64,000 nucleotides of DNA, taken from a virus (Duplodnaviria > Caudoviricetes). Both the position numbers and the translations under genes were made by a program. Location: positions 3,360 to 67,359 of IMG/VR virus record IMGVR_UViG_3300049823_000342; one strand, 5' to 3'. The notes under the pieces are model-generated. The model was not told the DNA's origin and did not search any database. It was given only the letters and a program-made list of their open reading frames with translations. Of this stretch, positions 44,850-55,200 are shown one piece after another; position 1 is the stretch's first letter; the number at the start of each line of letters is the position of its first letter.

Positions 44850-45026
44850 ATGAAGATCAAGATGCTGACCGGAATGGCAGGACCGGATTTCTCGCTCTCG
44901 CCTGGCGAGGAAACGGAGCGCTTCGGCGACGAAGAGGCGCAGCGCATCGTCGATGCGGGCTTTGCCGAGCTGGCGACAGCCGAGCCTGCGCGCGGGGCGA
45001 AGACCGCCAGCGGCAAGAAGGCCTGA
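44850..45026 (+). CDS. Small head-associated protein
   Basis: RBS AAGGAG; MKIKML..MAG...GE....EEAQR.VDAGFAE. Confidence 0.75.
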   Translation: MKIKMLTGMAGPDFSLSPGEETERFGDEEAQRIVDAGFAELATAEPARGAKTASGKKA

Positions 45027-45033
45027 TCGAGCG

Positions 45034-45612
45034 ATGTGGTCGGCGGCCGAGACAGTGACGCCGGCGGCGGCGCCGGCGATCGCGCTGGCGGAGATCAAGG
45101 AATTCGTGCGCGTCGATGAGGATGCGGACGATTTCGACGCGCAGCTTACCGGGTTCGCCGCGGCGGCGGTCGATCATATCGAGAAGATCTGCAGTATCCG
45201 GCTGGCGCCGCAATCGGTGCAGATGTTCGCCGACGAATGGGGCGATCTGGCCTGGCTGCCGATCGGCCCGGTGACTCATCTTGAGTCAATCCATTTTCTC
45301 GATCGCGACGGGGTCGAGCAGCTGCTGGACGGCGCGACCTATGAGCTTACCGGCGCCGGGCTGGCGCGCGGCGTCCGGCCTTCCGCCGGTTCGGCGTGGC
45401 CGACCGGGCTGCGCGCCGTCACGGGGGCGATCCGGGTGACGGCGACCGCGGGCTATGTCGCAGTGCCCCCGACCTTGCGGGCGGCGGCGCTGACGCTGGC
45501 CGCCGACCTGTTCGCGTTTCGCGAAAGCGCGGTGGTGGGCACCGTCAGCGCGAAGATCGCGGTCAGCGCCACGGTCGAGGACTGGCTGACCAATTACCGG
45601 ATCTGGCTCTGA
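45034..45612 (+). CDS. Head-tail connector (gp6-like)
   Basis: IALAEIKEFVRVD...RVTATAGY..VP..LRAA.L.LAA..F..RE. Confidence 0.85.
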   Translation: MWSAAETVTPAAAPAIALAEIKEFVRVDEDADDFDAQLTGFAAAAVDHIEKICSIRLAPQSVQMFADEWGDLAWLPIGPVTHLESIHFLDRDGVEQLLDGATYELTGAGLARGVRPSAGSAWPTGLRAVTGAIRVTATAGYVAVPPTLRAAALTLAADLFAFRESAVVGTVSAKIAVSATVEDWLTNYRIWL

Positions 45613-45664
45613 TCCACTCGCGGCGCGGCCGCGCGGTCTCGATTTCCCAACAGGAGAATAGGTT

Positions 45665-46075
45665 ATGGCGGATCTGGCGATCACCGCGGCCAATGTCGTG
45701 CCCGGTGTCAATGCGAAGGTCGTCGGCGGCACCGCCGGCGCGGCGATCACGGCGGGCAAGACGGTCTATCAGGATCCGACCGACTTGCGGTTCAAGCTGG
45801 CCGACTGCGATTCCGCGGTGGCGGCCGAGCGTGCGGTGAATGGTATCGCGCTTAACGGCGCCTCCGCCGGGCAGCCCGTCGACGTGCTGATCGAGGGCGA
45901 TATCACCATCGGCGCGGTGCTGACTGCTGGAACGGTCTATTTCCTGTCGGGCACCGCCGGCGGGATCTGCCCCGTCGCGGACCTTAATGCCGGCGATTAT
46001 CCGACGATCATCGGCATCGCGAAGAGCGCTTCGGTGCTGTCGGTCAAGATCAACGGAAGCGGCGTCGCGATCTGA
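45665..46075 (+). CDS. Putative capsid decoration/cement protein
   Basis: AGAAITAGKTVY...GIALNGA..GQPVDV..EG pattern. Confidence 0.6.
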   Translation: MADLAITAANVVPGVNAKVVGGTAGAAITAGKTVYQDPTDLRFKLADCDSAVAAERAVNGIALNGASAGQPVDVLIEGDITIGAVLTAGTVYFLSGTAGGICPVADLNAGDYPTIIGIAKSASVLSVKINGSGVAI

Positions 46076-46398
46076 TGGCCGCCGGTCGCCGCAATTGCCG
46101 GGTGATGTTCCAGCGGAACATTCCCGTCGAGAATGATCATGGCGACCAGCTTCCAGATTGGCAGAAGCTCGGCAACGCGTGGGTCGCGATCGCCTATGGC
46201 CGCGGCGATGAACGACGGCTCGCGGCGAGCGAGCAGCGCGTCCAGTCGGCGACGGTCATCGCGCTCGCGACATCGATGACGCGCAGCGTGACGGTGCAGG
46301 ATCGCATCGTCCATCACGATCAGGCCTGGAATATCGTCGGGATCGTGCCGCGCCTCGAGAAGGGCGAGATCGATTTCGACGTGCGGCGGGCCGACTGA
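46075..46398 (+). CDS. Head closure protein
   Basis: MAAGRRNCRV.FQR...D..G....W. Confidence 0.8.
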   Translation: MAAGRRNCRVMFQRNIPVENDHGDQLPDWQKLGNAWVAIAYGRGDERRLAASEQRVQSATVIALATSMTRSVTVQDRIVHHDQAWNIVGIVPRLEKGEIDFDVRRAD

Positions 46399-46964
46399 TG
46401 GCGCGCACGACGGTCAAGGTCGAAGGCTTCAAGGATCTCGAGCGCCAGCTCGAGGAGCTTCCGAAGAATATCGGCCGCGGCGTGGCGCGACGCGCGGTCA
46501 AGAAAGCCGCGGACGAAATGGCCGAGGAGCAGCGACGCCTTTGCCCCGTCGGCGACGGCTCGCTGCGCGACAGCATCCGTGTCCGCGTGACGACGAAGAA
46601 TCTCGACGGCCTGGCCGAATATGGGCTCGCGCGCCAGGAAGGCGCATCGGCGCGCGATGCCGGCGCCGCGCTACGCGCCGCGCGGCGCGAGGCGAAGGCG
46701 TCGGGAACGCAGAGCGGGCACCGGATCGCCGCAAGCGTTGGGCCAACCGAGCCGCACGCGCACCTGGTCGAGTTCGGCACCGGCGAGCGGCATCACAAGA
46801 GCGGGAAATCGACGGGCGTCATGCCGGCGCATCCCTTCGTCCGCCCCGCGTTCGACCATGGCGTCGATCAGGCGGTGTTCACGATGAAGGAGGGGCTCGG
46901 CGAAGAAATCCGCCGATCGACCGCGCGCCTGTCGAAGCGGCAGTTCATCAAGGGCCGGAGCTGA
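46398..46964 (+). CDS. HK97 gp10-family tail protein
   Basis: PVGDGSLRDSI...HLVEFGT...MPAHPFVRPAFD. Confidence 0.85.
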   Translation: MARTTVKVEGFKDLERQLEELPKNIGRGVARRAVKKAADEMAEEQRRLCPVGDGSLRDSIRVRVTTKNLDGLAEYGLARQEGASARDAGAALRAARREAKASGTQSGHRIAASVGPTEPHAHLVEFGTGERHHKSGKSTGVMPAHPFVRPAFDHGVDQAVFTMKEGLGEEIRRSTARLSKRQFIKGRS

Positions 46965-46968
46965 CGCG

Positions 46969-47370
46969 ATGGCGGATTTCTATGCGGCGCTGCGGCTGCG
47001 GTTGCTGACCGACGTCAATGTGCGCGCGATCGTCGATGGCAAGCGGATCTTCTGGACCATCGTGCCGGCGGGCACGGCGCGACCCTATATCCGGCTTCAG
47101 GCGATCAGCGATCCGCGACCGCAATTGCTCGACGAGTATGAGGACGGCCGCACGACGCGCGTCCAGTGCGACATATTCGCCGACACTCATTCCGATGCGA
47201 CCGCCCTGGCAGAGGCGGTGATCGCTGCCGTCGCCGAGCCCGGCGAATTTGGCGGCGTGCTGTTCGGCAACGTCCGCGCCGAGGGCCCTCGCGACCTGGG
47301 CGAGGACGGCGACCAGGGCTTCATCCACCGCGCCAGTATCGACCTGCTGGCGGAACATAGTCGGGCTTAG
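46969..47370 (+). CDS. Tail terminator (DUF3168-like)
   Basis: P.GTARPYI.LQ.ISD...RVQCDIFA. Confidence 0.8.
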   Translation: MADFYAALRLRLLTDVNVRAIVDGKRIFWTIVPAGTARPYIRLQAISDPRPQLLDEYEDGRTTRVQCDIFADTHSDATALAEAVIAAVAEPGEFGGVLFGNVRAEGPRDLGEDGDQGFIHRASIDLLAEHSRA

Positions 47371-47391
47371 GGTCGGCAAAGGAACCCCAAA

Positions 47392-47838
47392 ATGGCAGAA
47401 ACCCAGAAGGCGGGGACTGGCTATAAGAGCCAGTTCCACCTGCACAACGGCACGACCCTTTATAAGCTGCGCCACGTCAAGGAATATGACACGCCGGGGG
47501 CGACCGCGCGCGAGCAGGAAGAGACGACGCACCTCGAATCCGAGGATTGGCGTCGCGAATATACGAGCACCTTTTACGAGGATGCCGATATCGAGGTGCT
47601 GCTGAATAGCCGCCCGCTGTCGGATACCGATACGCTGCTCTCTGCCGCGCTGGCGGCCGACGATGTCCGCGCGTTCAAGGCGGTGATCGCGATCGGCGGC
47701 GTCCTGGTGGCGCAGATCACGGGCACCTGCCGCTGCACGGGCTATAACCGCGGCCGCGTTACGCCGGCGGGGGTAATGGAGGCGACGGCAACGTTCCGCC
47801 TCGTCACCGTCGATGCCATCGCGCCCTACGCGCCCTGA
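47392..47838 (+). CDS. Major tail tube protein
   Basis: ETTHLES..WRREY...GVMEATATFRL. Confidence 0.75.
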   Translation: MAETQKAGTGYKSQFHLHNGTTLYKLRHVKEYDTPGATAREQEETTHLESEDWRREYTSTFYEDADIEVLLNSRPLSDTDTLLSAALAADDVRAFKAVIAIGGVLVAQITGTCRCTGYNRGRVTPAGVMEATATFRLVTVDAIAPYAP

Positions 47839-48308
47839 TGCAGGATCAGCGCATGACCGCCAATCCGCTGCGCGGCGAGGCCGCGCTGATCATCGGCGAG
47901 GGTGACGGCGAGCGATTCCTGACGCTCGTCTTCGACTATGAGGCGATGATCGTCGCCGAGGCGACCTATGGCGAGCCGATCGGCGTGGTCAGCGATCACG
48001 CCGATCGCGGCTTCGTCGGCGCGATCCGCGCGATGCTGTTCGGCACGCTGCGCGCGCATCACCCCGAGATCGATCTCGCCGAGGCGACGCACATCTGTTT
48101 CACCCAGGCGCGCGCCGTCAAGGCGGCGATGGACGAGGCGGCACGCAATTCGATGCCGCCGCCGCAGGGTGAGGAGGAGAGGGACGAGGCGCGCCCTCGG
48201 CGAGCTGGGACGCGCTCTGGGGCCAGTGGTGCGAAGCAGGGCTCGACCCCGAAGGCTTCTTCCGCGCGACCCCGCGCACGTTCCAGATCCTCGTCACCGC
48301 GCGGCTGA
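47838..48308 (+). CDS. Tail assembly chaperone (GTA-gp10-like, G)
   Basis: NPLRGEA.L...L.FDYEAM..AE; basic C-terminal tail typical of the post-frameshift region. Confidence 0.75.
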   Translation: MQDQRMTANPLRGEAALIIGEGDGERFLTLVFDYEAMIVAEATYGEPIGVVSDHADRGFVGAIRAMLFGTLRAHHPEIDLAEATHICFTQARAVKAAMDEAARNSMPPPQGEEERDEARPRRAGTRSGASGAKQGSTPKASSARPRARSRSSSPRG

Positions 48309-48499
48309 CCGCCGCGCATAACCTTGCGCTGGCGTCCGGCTGGCAGGCCGAGCGCTTTCGGCGCGAAGGCAAGAACATGAAATCGCTGGGGGAATATCTC
48401 GATCCCCCGACCCCCGATCAGCGGAGCGACGCCGGCGCGCAGCGCGCGCTTGCGGCGTTCAAATTCATGGCGGCCAAGACGGCCGCCGCGAAAGGCTAG
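48200..48499 (+). CDS. Chaperone T-part in the -1 frame (WDALWGQWCEAGLDPEGFFRATPR...), probably reached by frameshift
   Basis: Open -1 frame ending with TAG at 48497-48499, 2 bp before the TMP start; start approximate. Confidence 0.55.
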   Translation, partial: ASWDALWGQWCEAGLDPEGFFRATPRTFQILVTARLTAAHNLALASGWQAERFRREGKNMKSLGEYLDPPTPDQRSDAGAQRALAAFKFMAAKTAAAKG

Positions 48500-48501
48500 G
48501 C

Positions 48502-50592
48502 ATGGCAATCAGCGAAGTCCTGGCCCGGCTGAGCGTCGTGCTCGGCATGGACACGGCCGCCTTCACGACGGGGTCGACGCGCGCCAAGAAGGAAATGACG
48601 ACGCTCGAGCGGCATGTCAGCCGGGCGAGCGGTATCATCAAGGCAGCGGTTGGCGCGATGCTCGGCGCCTTCGCGTTCGACGCGATCGTCGAGGCGGGGA
48701 AGCGCGGGCTCGAATATGCGTCGTCGCTCGGCGAGGTCGCATCACAGCTCGGCGTCACGACGAAGGCGCTGCAGGAATATCGCTACGCGGCTTCGCAGGC
48801 CGGGGTCGAGCAAGGTGAGATGGATCAGGCGCTGTCGCAGTTGACGCGGCGCCTGGGCGATGCGGCGCAGGGCGCGAAGGAGCCCACCAAGGCGCTCGAC
48901 AAGCTCGGCGTCTCGATCCGCGACGCCAACGGCCACGTCCTCGATGCCGGCGACGCGATCCCGCTGATCGCCGAGGGCCTGCAGAAGATCGAGAGCCCGG
49001 CAGAGCGGGCGGCGATCCTCGTCGACCTGTTCGGCAAGTCGGGCCAGAAGTTGGCGCCGCTGCTCGAGGGTGGTGCCGCAGGGGTCAATAATTTGCGCAA
49101 TGCCGCGCACGAGCTCGGTATCGTGCTGTCCGACGAGCAGATCCAGAAGGCCGACGACACGGCCGACAAACTCTCGGCGATGAAGCAGGTGCTCGAGGCG
49201 AAGATCGCCGGCGCGGTTTCCGACAATGCCGATAGCATACTCGAGCTCGCGGACGCGTTGACGAAATTGGTCGATGCAGCAGGCAGGGCGGCGAAGGTTT
49301 GGCGCTACATTGCCAATCTCGATTGGTCCTGGAACGCCCCGTCGATTTCCAAGCAGTTCGCGGCGATGCAGGTCAAGGATCTCGGGCCCGGCGTCGAACT
49401 GACCCGACCTACCTCGCCGCTTGAATGGCAGCAAATTGGCGCGAACAGGGCGGCAGATGCCGCGCGCCGAACGGGCGTCGATAGGCGCTTTCTCGCGCCT
49501 TCGGGGAGTTCTCTGCTGTCCGGGCCCAAGGGCGCGCGGACGGCACCGGCGGCGAACCCGTGGGGCCTGCCGCTCAACACCAATCTCAATCCGCGCGCGA
49601 TCGGCGGCAGCCTGTTCGGCGGCAACGGCCTCGCGCAATTCACCCCCGGAACCGGCGCGTCGAACTGGATCGCGGCGGCGAACGAGAATCTGCCCGATAT
49701 CGTCAAATTGTCGGCCGAGGTCGCCGCGAGCAACAAGGCGGCCGCGGCGTCGCTGGGCGAGATGGCGAGCGTCCACGGCCCGCGCCTGGTCGCGTCGCTG
49801 AAGGCGGCGACGCCGGAGCTCGAGGCTCTGCGCGACGCGACGCAGTCGATCCTCGACCGCCTGTTCCCCGAGCAGGCCGAGATCCGGCAGTATCAGGAGG
49901 AACTGGCGACGCTGACCGCGGCGCTGAAGGCCGGGCAGCTTTCGACCGAGGATTATGCCAAAGCGGTCAATGCGCTGCGGCAGGAATTCACCGGCTTCGC
50001 GCAGCTGATCGCCGATAACCAGGAGATTATCGCGCTGGGTATCGGCCCGACGGTCGACGACGCGCTCGATTCGGCGACGGCGAGCTGGGACCGCTTCACC
50101 GACCGGCTGATGGACGACGCCGACACGTCGCGCGTCCAGGTCGTAAAATCGTTCGGCGACATGGCCGACGACGTGCTGCAGTCGCTCAACCAGCTTTCGG
50201 GCGCGATCCGCGGCGGGGGCTTCCTCGACATGTTGAGCAGCGTGATCGGCGTCGGGCTGCAACTCGGCAAGGCCGGCGCCTTCGGATCGGACATCCAGAG
50301 CAGCCTGGGCAAGGTCGGCGCGAACGCCAACGGCACGAGCTATTGGCGCGGCGGCCTGTCGGTCGTCGGCGAGCGCGGGCCCGAGCTGGTCAATCTGCCG
50401 CGCGGCGCCGGCGTGACGCCGAACAAGGATCTACGCGGCCTGGGCGCGGCCAAGGTCGAAATCCGCCCGACCCCTTATTTCGAGGCCGTCGTGGACGGCC
50501 GTATCGTGCGCGCGGCGCCGGCGATCATCGACGGCAGCGCAAAGGTCACGACGTCGCGGCTCGGCCGCCGGCAGACGCGGCGGCTCGCCTAG
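48502..50592 (+). CDS. Tail tape measure protein
   Basis: LARLSVVLGMDTAAF; C-terminal ANGT.YWRGGLSVVGERGPELV.LPRG. Confidence 0.9.
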   Translation: MAISEVLARLSVVLGMDTAAFTTGSTRAKKEMTTLERHVSRASGIIKAAVGAMLGAFAFDAIVEAGKRGLEYASSLGEVASQLGVTTKALQEYRYAASQAGVEQGEMDQALSQLTRRLGDAAQGAKEPTKALDKLGVSIRDANGHVLDAGDAIPLIAEGLQKIESPAERAAILVDLFGKSGQKLAPLLEGGAAGVNNLRNAAHELGIVLSDEQIQKADDTADKLSAMKQVLEAKIAGAVSDNADSILELADALTKLVDAAGRAAKVWRYIANLDWSWNAPSISKQFAAMQVKDLGPGVELTRPTSPLEWQQIGANRAADAARRTGVDRRFLAPSGSSLLSGPKGARTAPAANPWGLPLNTNLNPRAIGGSLFGGNGLAQFTPGTGASNWIAAANENLPDIVKLSAEVAASNKAAAASLGEMASVHGPRLVASLKAATPELEALRDATQSILDRLFPEQAEIRQYQEELATLTAALKAGQLSTEDYAKAVNALRQEFTGFAQLIADNQEIIALGIGPTVDDALDSATASWDRFTDRLMDDADTSRVQVVKSFGDMADDVLQSLNQLSGAIRGGGFLDMLSSVIGVGLQLGKAGAFGSDIQSSLGKVGANANGTSYWRGGLSVVGERGPELVNLPRGAGVTPNKDLRGLGAAKVEIRPTPYFEAVVDGRIVRAAPAIIDGSAKVTTSRLGRRQTRRLA

Positions 50593-50595
50593 CCG

Positions 50596-51186
50596 ATGAT
50601 CACGCTGCCCTCGCTGCCCGCGCCGAACGGTTGTTCGCCGCGGGTGATTTCGTTCGACCTGCACGCGCGACCCGCGACCGGGGCCGCGGTCCAGACGATC
50701 TACCGCCCGGGAAGCCGCTGGGCGCTCGATTTTTCCTATCCGCTGATGAAAGCCGATGTCGCGCGCAGCTTTACGTCGCGGCTCGTGCGCGCGCAGCGCG
50801 ACGGATTACGGATGGCCGTGCCGCTGCTCGGCGTATCGCAGGGCGCGCCGGGAACGCCACAGGTCGACGGGGTCAATCCTTCGGGGACGGTGCTGCCGCT
50901 GAAGGGCTGCACGCCCGGCTATACGTTCGGCGAGGGCTATTGGCTGACGCTGATCGACGCCACCGGCGATTATTATCTGCATCAGGTCGTCGGCAGCGCG
51001 ATCGTCAACGGCAGCGGCAAGGTCACACTCAGCATCGAGACGCCGATCCGCGCGCCGATCGCCAATAGCGCGAACGTGCTGGTCGCGGCGCCGATGGTCC
51101 AGGGCTTCATCGAAGACGTCGCCTGGGGAATGCGGCTCGGCAACCTGATCGAGGGCATCGGCTTCACGCTGGAGGAAGCGGCGTGA
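50596..51186 (+). CDS. Distal tail protein
   Basis: First gene after the TMP; RPGSRWAL. Confidence 0.7.
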   Translation: MITLPSLPAPNGCSPRVISFDLHARPATGAAVQTIYRPGSRWALDFSYPLMKADVARSFTSRLVRAQRDGLRMAVPLLGVSQGAPGTPQVDGVNPSGTVLPLKGCTPGYTFGEGYWLTLIDATGDYYLHQVVGSAIVNGSGKVTLSIETPIRAPIANSANVLVAAPMVQGFIEDVAWGMRLGNLIEGIGFTLEEAA

Positions 51187-51803
51187 GAACGATCGGCTTG
51201 ACCGGGCTCTGCAAGATCGAGCTGCCCGATGCGACGCTGCGCCTCTGCGATGGCGGATTCATTGTCTGGGGCAGCGAAACCTTCGTGTCGAAGGACGCGG
51301 TGTTCGGCACGATCGGCAGCATCGAGGCGCTGAGCGAGGGCGTTGAGGCCGAGGTGCCGGCGCTGGAAATGGTGCTGATCCCGCCGACGACGTCGGGCGC
51401 CGCGACGATCGCGAAGCCCGGCTATCAGAAGAGCCGCGTGCGGCTGTGGCTGGCCGAATATATTCGCGCGACGGGCCTGGTCGACGGAACACCCGACCTG
51501 CTGTTCGACGGGCAGATCGATCAGACACCCTTCACGGTCGGCCGCGACACGCGCGAACTGGCGTTGTCGATCGTGTCGACGGCGGAACGGCTGTTCGAGC
51601 GCAATATCGGCAACAGCCTGTCGCCGTCATTCCACAAGTCGATCTGGCCTGGCGAAACCGGGCACGACAATGCCACCGGCCTCGGCCGCCCGGTGGCATG
51701 GGGGGTCGAGGCGCCGCCGTCGACGAGCGGGGGCTATTATGGCGCCGGCGGCGATTACGACCAGGGCCGCGGCCTGATCCGCCTGGCGCCACGCTATGTC
51801 TGA
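51183..51803 (+). CDS. Minor tail protein
   Basis: RLCDGGFI.WG.ETF...WPGETG.DNATG. Confidence 0.7.
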   Translation: MRTIGLTGLCKIELPDATLRLCDGGFIVWGSETFVSKDAVFGTIGSIEALSEGVEAEVPALEMVLIPPTTSGAATIAKPGYQKSRVRLWLAEYIRATGLVDGTPDLLFDGQIDQTPFTVGRDTRELALSIVSTAERLFERNIGNSLSPSFHKSIWPGETGHDNATGLGRPVAWGVEAPPSTSGGYYGAGGDYDQGRGLIRLAPRYV

Positions 51804-52218
51804 CCTGTTACGGCGGCAACGCGCGCTCGAGGCCGCGAAGCGCAAATATGGCAAACGCGCCTTCAGCTGGCGGAACGCGGTGACATGCGTTCACCTGGCG
51901 CGCAGCCACCTGGTACGAATGGGACACCGTCCGCCGCCCTTGCCGCGGATCCGTTCGCTCGCGGGTGCGCGGCGCGCTCTCGCGGAGCGCGGCTGGACCG
52001 ATGTAACCGACATGCTCGATGCCCAGCCCGGGCTGCTGCGGATCGCGCCGGCGGAAATGCTGCCCGGCGATATCGCGGCTCTGGCAAGCGAGGACGGGAT
52101 TGGCGCGATCTTCCTGTGCGCGGGCCCGCACAAGCTGATCGGCTGGCGCGAGGATGCGCCGGCGATGGTCGTGCTCGACGTTTCATTCGATCAGGTTTCG
52201 GGGGCATGGCGTGGCTAA
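51796..52218 (+). CDS. NlpC/P60-like (DUF6950) tail tip protein
   Basis: FSW...TCVHLA...LPGDIA. Confidence 0.7.
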   Translation: MSDLLRRQRALEAAKRKYGKRAFSWRNAVTCVHLARSHLVRMGHRPPPLPRIRSLAGARRALAERGWTDVTDMLDAQPGLLRIAPAEMLPGDIAALASEDGIGAIFLCAGPHKLIGWREDAPAMVVLDVSFDQVSGAWRG

Positions 52219-55200
52219 GGCGCTGAAAGTGATCGGGACGATCGCCGGGGCGGTCGCGACCGTCCTCGCTCCGATCGCGCCACCGATCGCCGCGATCGCG
52301 GCAGTTGTCGCAGGCGTCGCCAACCTGGGCGCCAGCGTGCTTTACAAGCCGCCGCCGGCGCGCGGATCCGTCACCAATGTCCTGATCGCGGCCGATGCGC
52401 CGACGCCCTATGTCATGGGCGAGGGCTATTTCGGCGGCGTGCTGCGCCACGACGTCGGCTATGGCGCGACGCTCAAGAAGGTTCCGAACCCTTATCGGCT
52501 GATGGTCACCGTCTATTCGCACGGCGGCCCGGTCGAAAGCCTGTCGCCGCGCGTCGAGCTCGCCGCGGTCGGGAGCTATTACAGCGGCTTCCTTTACGCC
52601 GCGACGCAGCTCGGCACCTGCCCGCAGGCGTCGGCGCTAACGCCGCAGTTCGCGGGCGCGCCGGGCTGGGGCGCGTCGTCGAAACTGTCGGGCCAGGCGG
52701 CGATCGCGTGGAACCTGAAGTTCGACAGGGACGGCAAGGTCTTTGCGTCGGGCGTTCCGCGGCTCGGCGCCTATGGCAAATGGGTCAAGGCCTATGATCC
52801 GCGCAAGGACAGCACGTTTCCGGGCGGTTCGGGGTCGCACCGGCTGGGGGTCGAATCGACCTATCAATGGACGCAGAACCCGGCGCTGCACGCGGGCACC
52901 TATACCTATGGCCGCTGGCAGAACGGAAAGCGGGTGCTGGGCGTCGGGATGCCCGCGCAGGGGATCGACTGGGTCGGGCTCGCGGGCTGGGCCAATGTCT
53001 GCGACGCGAACGGCTGGACGATCTACGGCCCCGTCTACGAGCCGGGCGATCGCTGGGAGAATCTGCAGGACATCTGCGCAGCGGGCGGTGGACGCGCGGT
53101 CTTCGCCGGCGGGCTGATCAGCTGGCTTTACGCGGCGCCGCGGGTGGCGCTCGACACCATCACCGACGCCGATATCGCCGACGAGAATTACAGCGTCACG
53201 CCGCAGGCGAGCTGGCGCGACCGGCTGAACACCGTCGTTCCCAAATATATCTCGCCCGATCACGACTGGCAGATGATCGCCGATGTCGCAGCGGTGACGG
53301 TCGCCGACTATGTGACCGAAGACGGCGAAGTCAAACAGGTCGAATGGCCGTTCAACCTGGTCAAGGACGGCGACCAGGCGGCGCAGCTCGCGGCCTACAA
53401 GCTGCTCGACAGTCGCGAGATGCAGCCGATCGTGCTGCCGTGCCTGCCGCGGCTGCGCAAATATCGCCCCGGCGAGTGCCTGCACATCGACCTGCCCGAG
53501 CTGGGTCTCGATATCGACGCGCTGATCATGGATCGGAATTTCGATCCGTCGACGATGACCGTCACGCTGACGATGATGAGCCTGTCGGCGGGCCGCGACG
53601 ATTTCGCGCTCGGCCGCACGTCGACGCCGCCGCCGACCCCGGCGCTGAAGCAGACGAGCGAGGAACGCGACAATCTGCGCTGGTCGGCGATGCTCGACCA
53701 GGGCGCACGCACCGTCGAATATGACGGCGCGGCGACCTATAGCCAGGGAATGACGATGCGTTGGCCCGACGGGTCGACGTGGGAATATATCAATGCCGCG
53801 CCGTCGAGCGGCAACGCGCCTCCGGCATGGCCCGAGACGGCGAACAGCTGGTGGTCGATGCTGACCCCGCCGCTCGATCGCGGCAAGGTGTTCATCCAGT
53901 CCACCGCGCCGACCGCGGCCGAGAGCAGCGGCGGCGACATCTGGCAGGACGACAACGGGCGATACTGGACCCGGCGCGGCGACAATCACCTGGCGATCGG
54001 CGGCAAGCGGCTGATGATCGGCGGCAAGCTGTTGACGATCACATGGACGCCGACGGGGTCGCAGCCGGTGCGCGATGGAATCGACGCGGCGCTGGCGACC
54101 GCGATGGGCGCGGCGCAGGCCGCCTCGCAGCTTGCGCTCGACGCGCAGGCGACGGCCGACGGCAAGGTGCAGAGCTTCTACTCGCCGAGCGCGCCTACGG
54201 CCGAGGGCATTGGCGATCTGTGGTTCGATACCGACGACGGCAACAAGCAATATCGCTGGTCGGGATCGGCGTGGGTCGCGGTGCAGGATTCGGCGATCGG
54301 TGCCGCGTTGACCGCGGCGGCGGGGGCGCAGGCGACCGCCGACGGCAAGGTTACCACCTTCGTCGGCGAAAGCACGCCGACGCCCGAAGGGGTCGGCGAC
54401 CTCTGGTTCAAGCCGTCGACCGGCTATCTGGCGCGCTGGTCGGGATCGGCGTGGACCGACATCTCCAACATCGGTGCGACGCAGGCACAGATCACCAGCA
54501 TCGGCAACGCGCTGACCGCCGCGTCGAACGCGCAGGCGACCGCCGACGGCAAGGTCGATACCTACTATCAGACCGCGGCGCCGACGGGCGCATCGGTCGG
54601 CGATTTGTGGTTTGACACCGACGACGGCAACAAGCTGTATCGCCACAACGGCACGTCGTGGGTCGCGGCGCAGGATGCGGGGATCGGCAATGCGATCACC
54701 GCGGCCGCCGGAGCGCAGGCGACGGCCGACGGCAAGGTTACCACCTTCGTCGGAGAAAGCTCTCCGACGGCCGTCGCGACGGGCGACCTGTGGTTCAAGG
54801 CCTCGACGGGCGAGCTCCGCCGCTGGTCGGGATCGGCTTGGGGAAGCCCGCTGGTCGACCTGACCGCCGCGGCGGTCCCGCGTCAGGAAGGCCCGGCAAC
54901 CGACATCTTCACTGCCGATTACCAGGGCACGCTCGACGACGATCAATTGCCGCGCAACTATGCCTTCAAGCGCTATCGCGGGACGAACGACGTCACGGCG
55001 TCGGGAACGACATGGTCGATCGTGTCGCAGGCGGGCATCACCGGGGGGACGGTGACGGCGTCGGGCGGATCGGTGACGATCCCGACCGGGGTCACGATCG
55101 CGGCCAGCGCGACGATCATCGTCAAGTCGGCGCGCAGCGGCGAGCCCGACCTGGTCAGCGAGATCAGCATCACGCGCAGCGACGGCCTGCCGCCGTCCAC

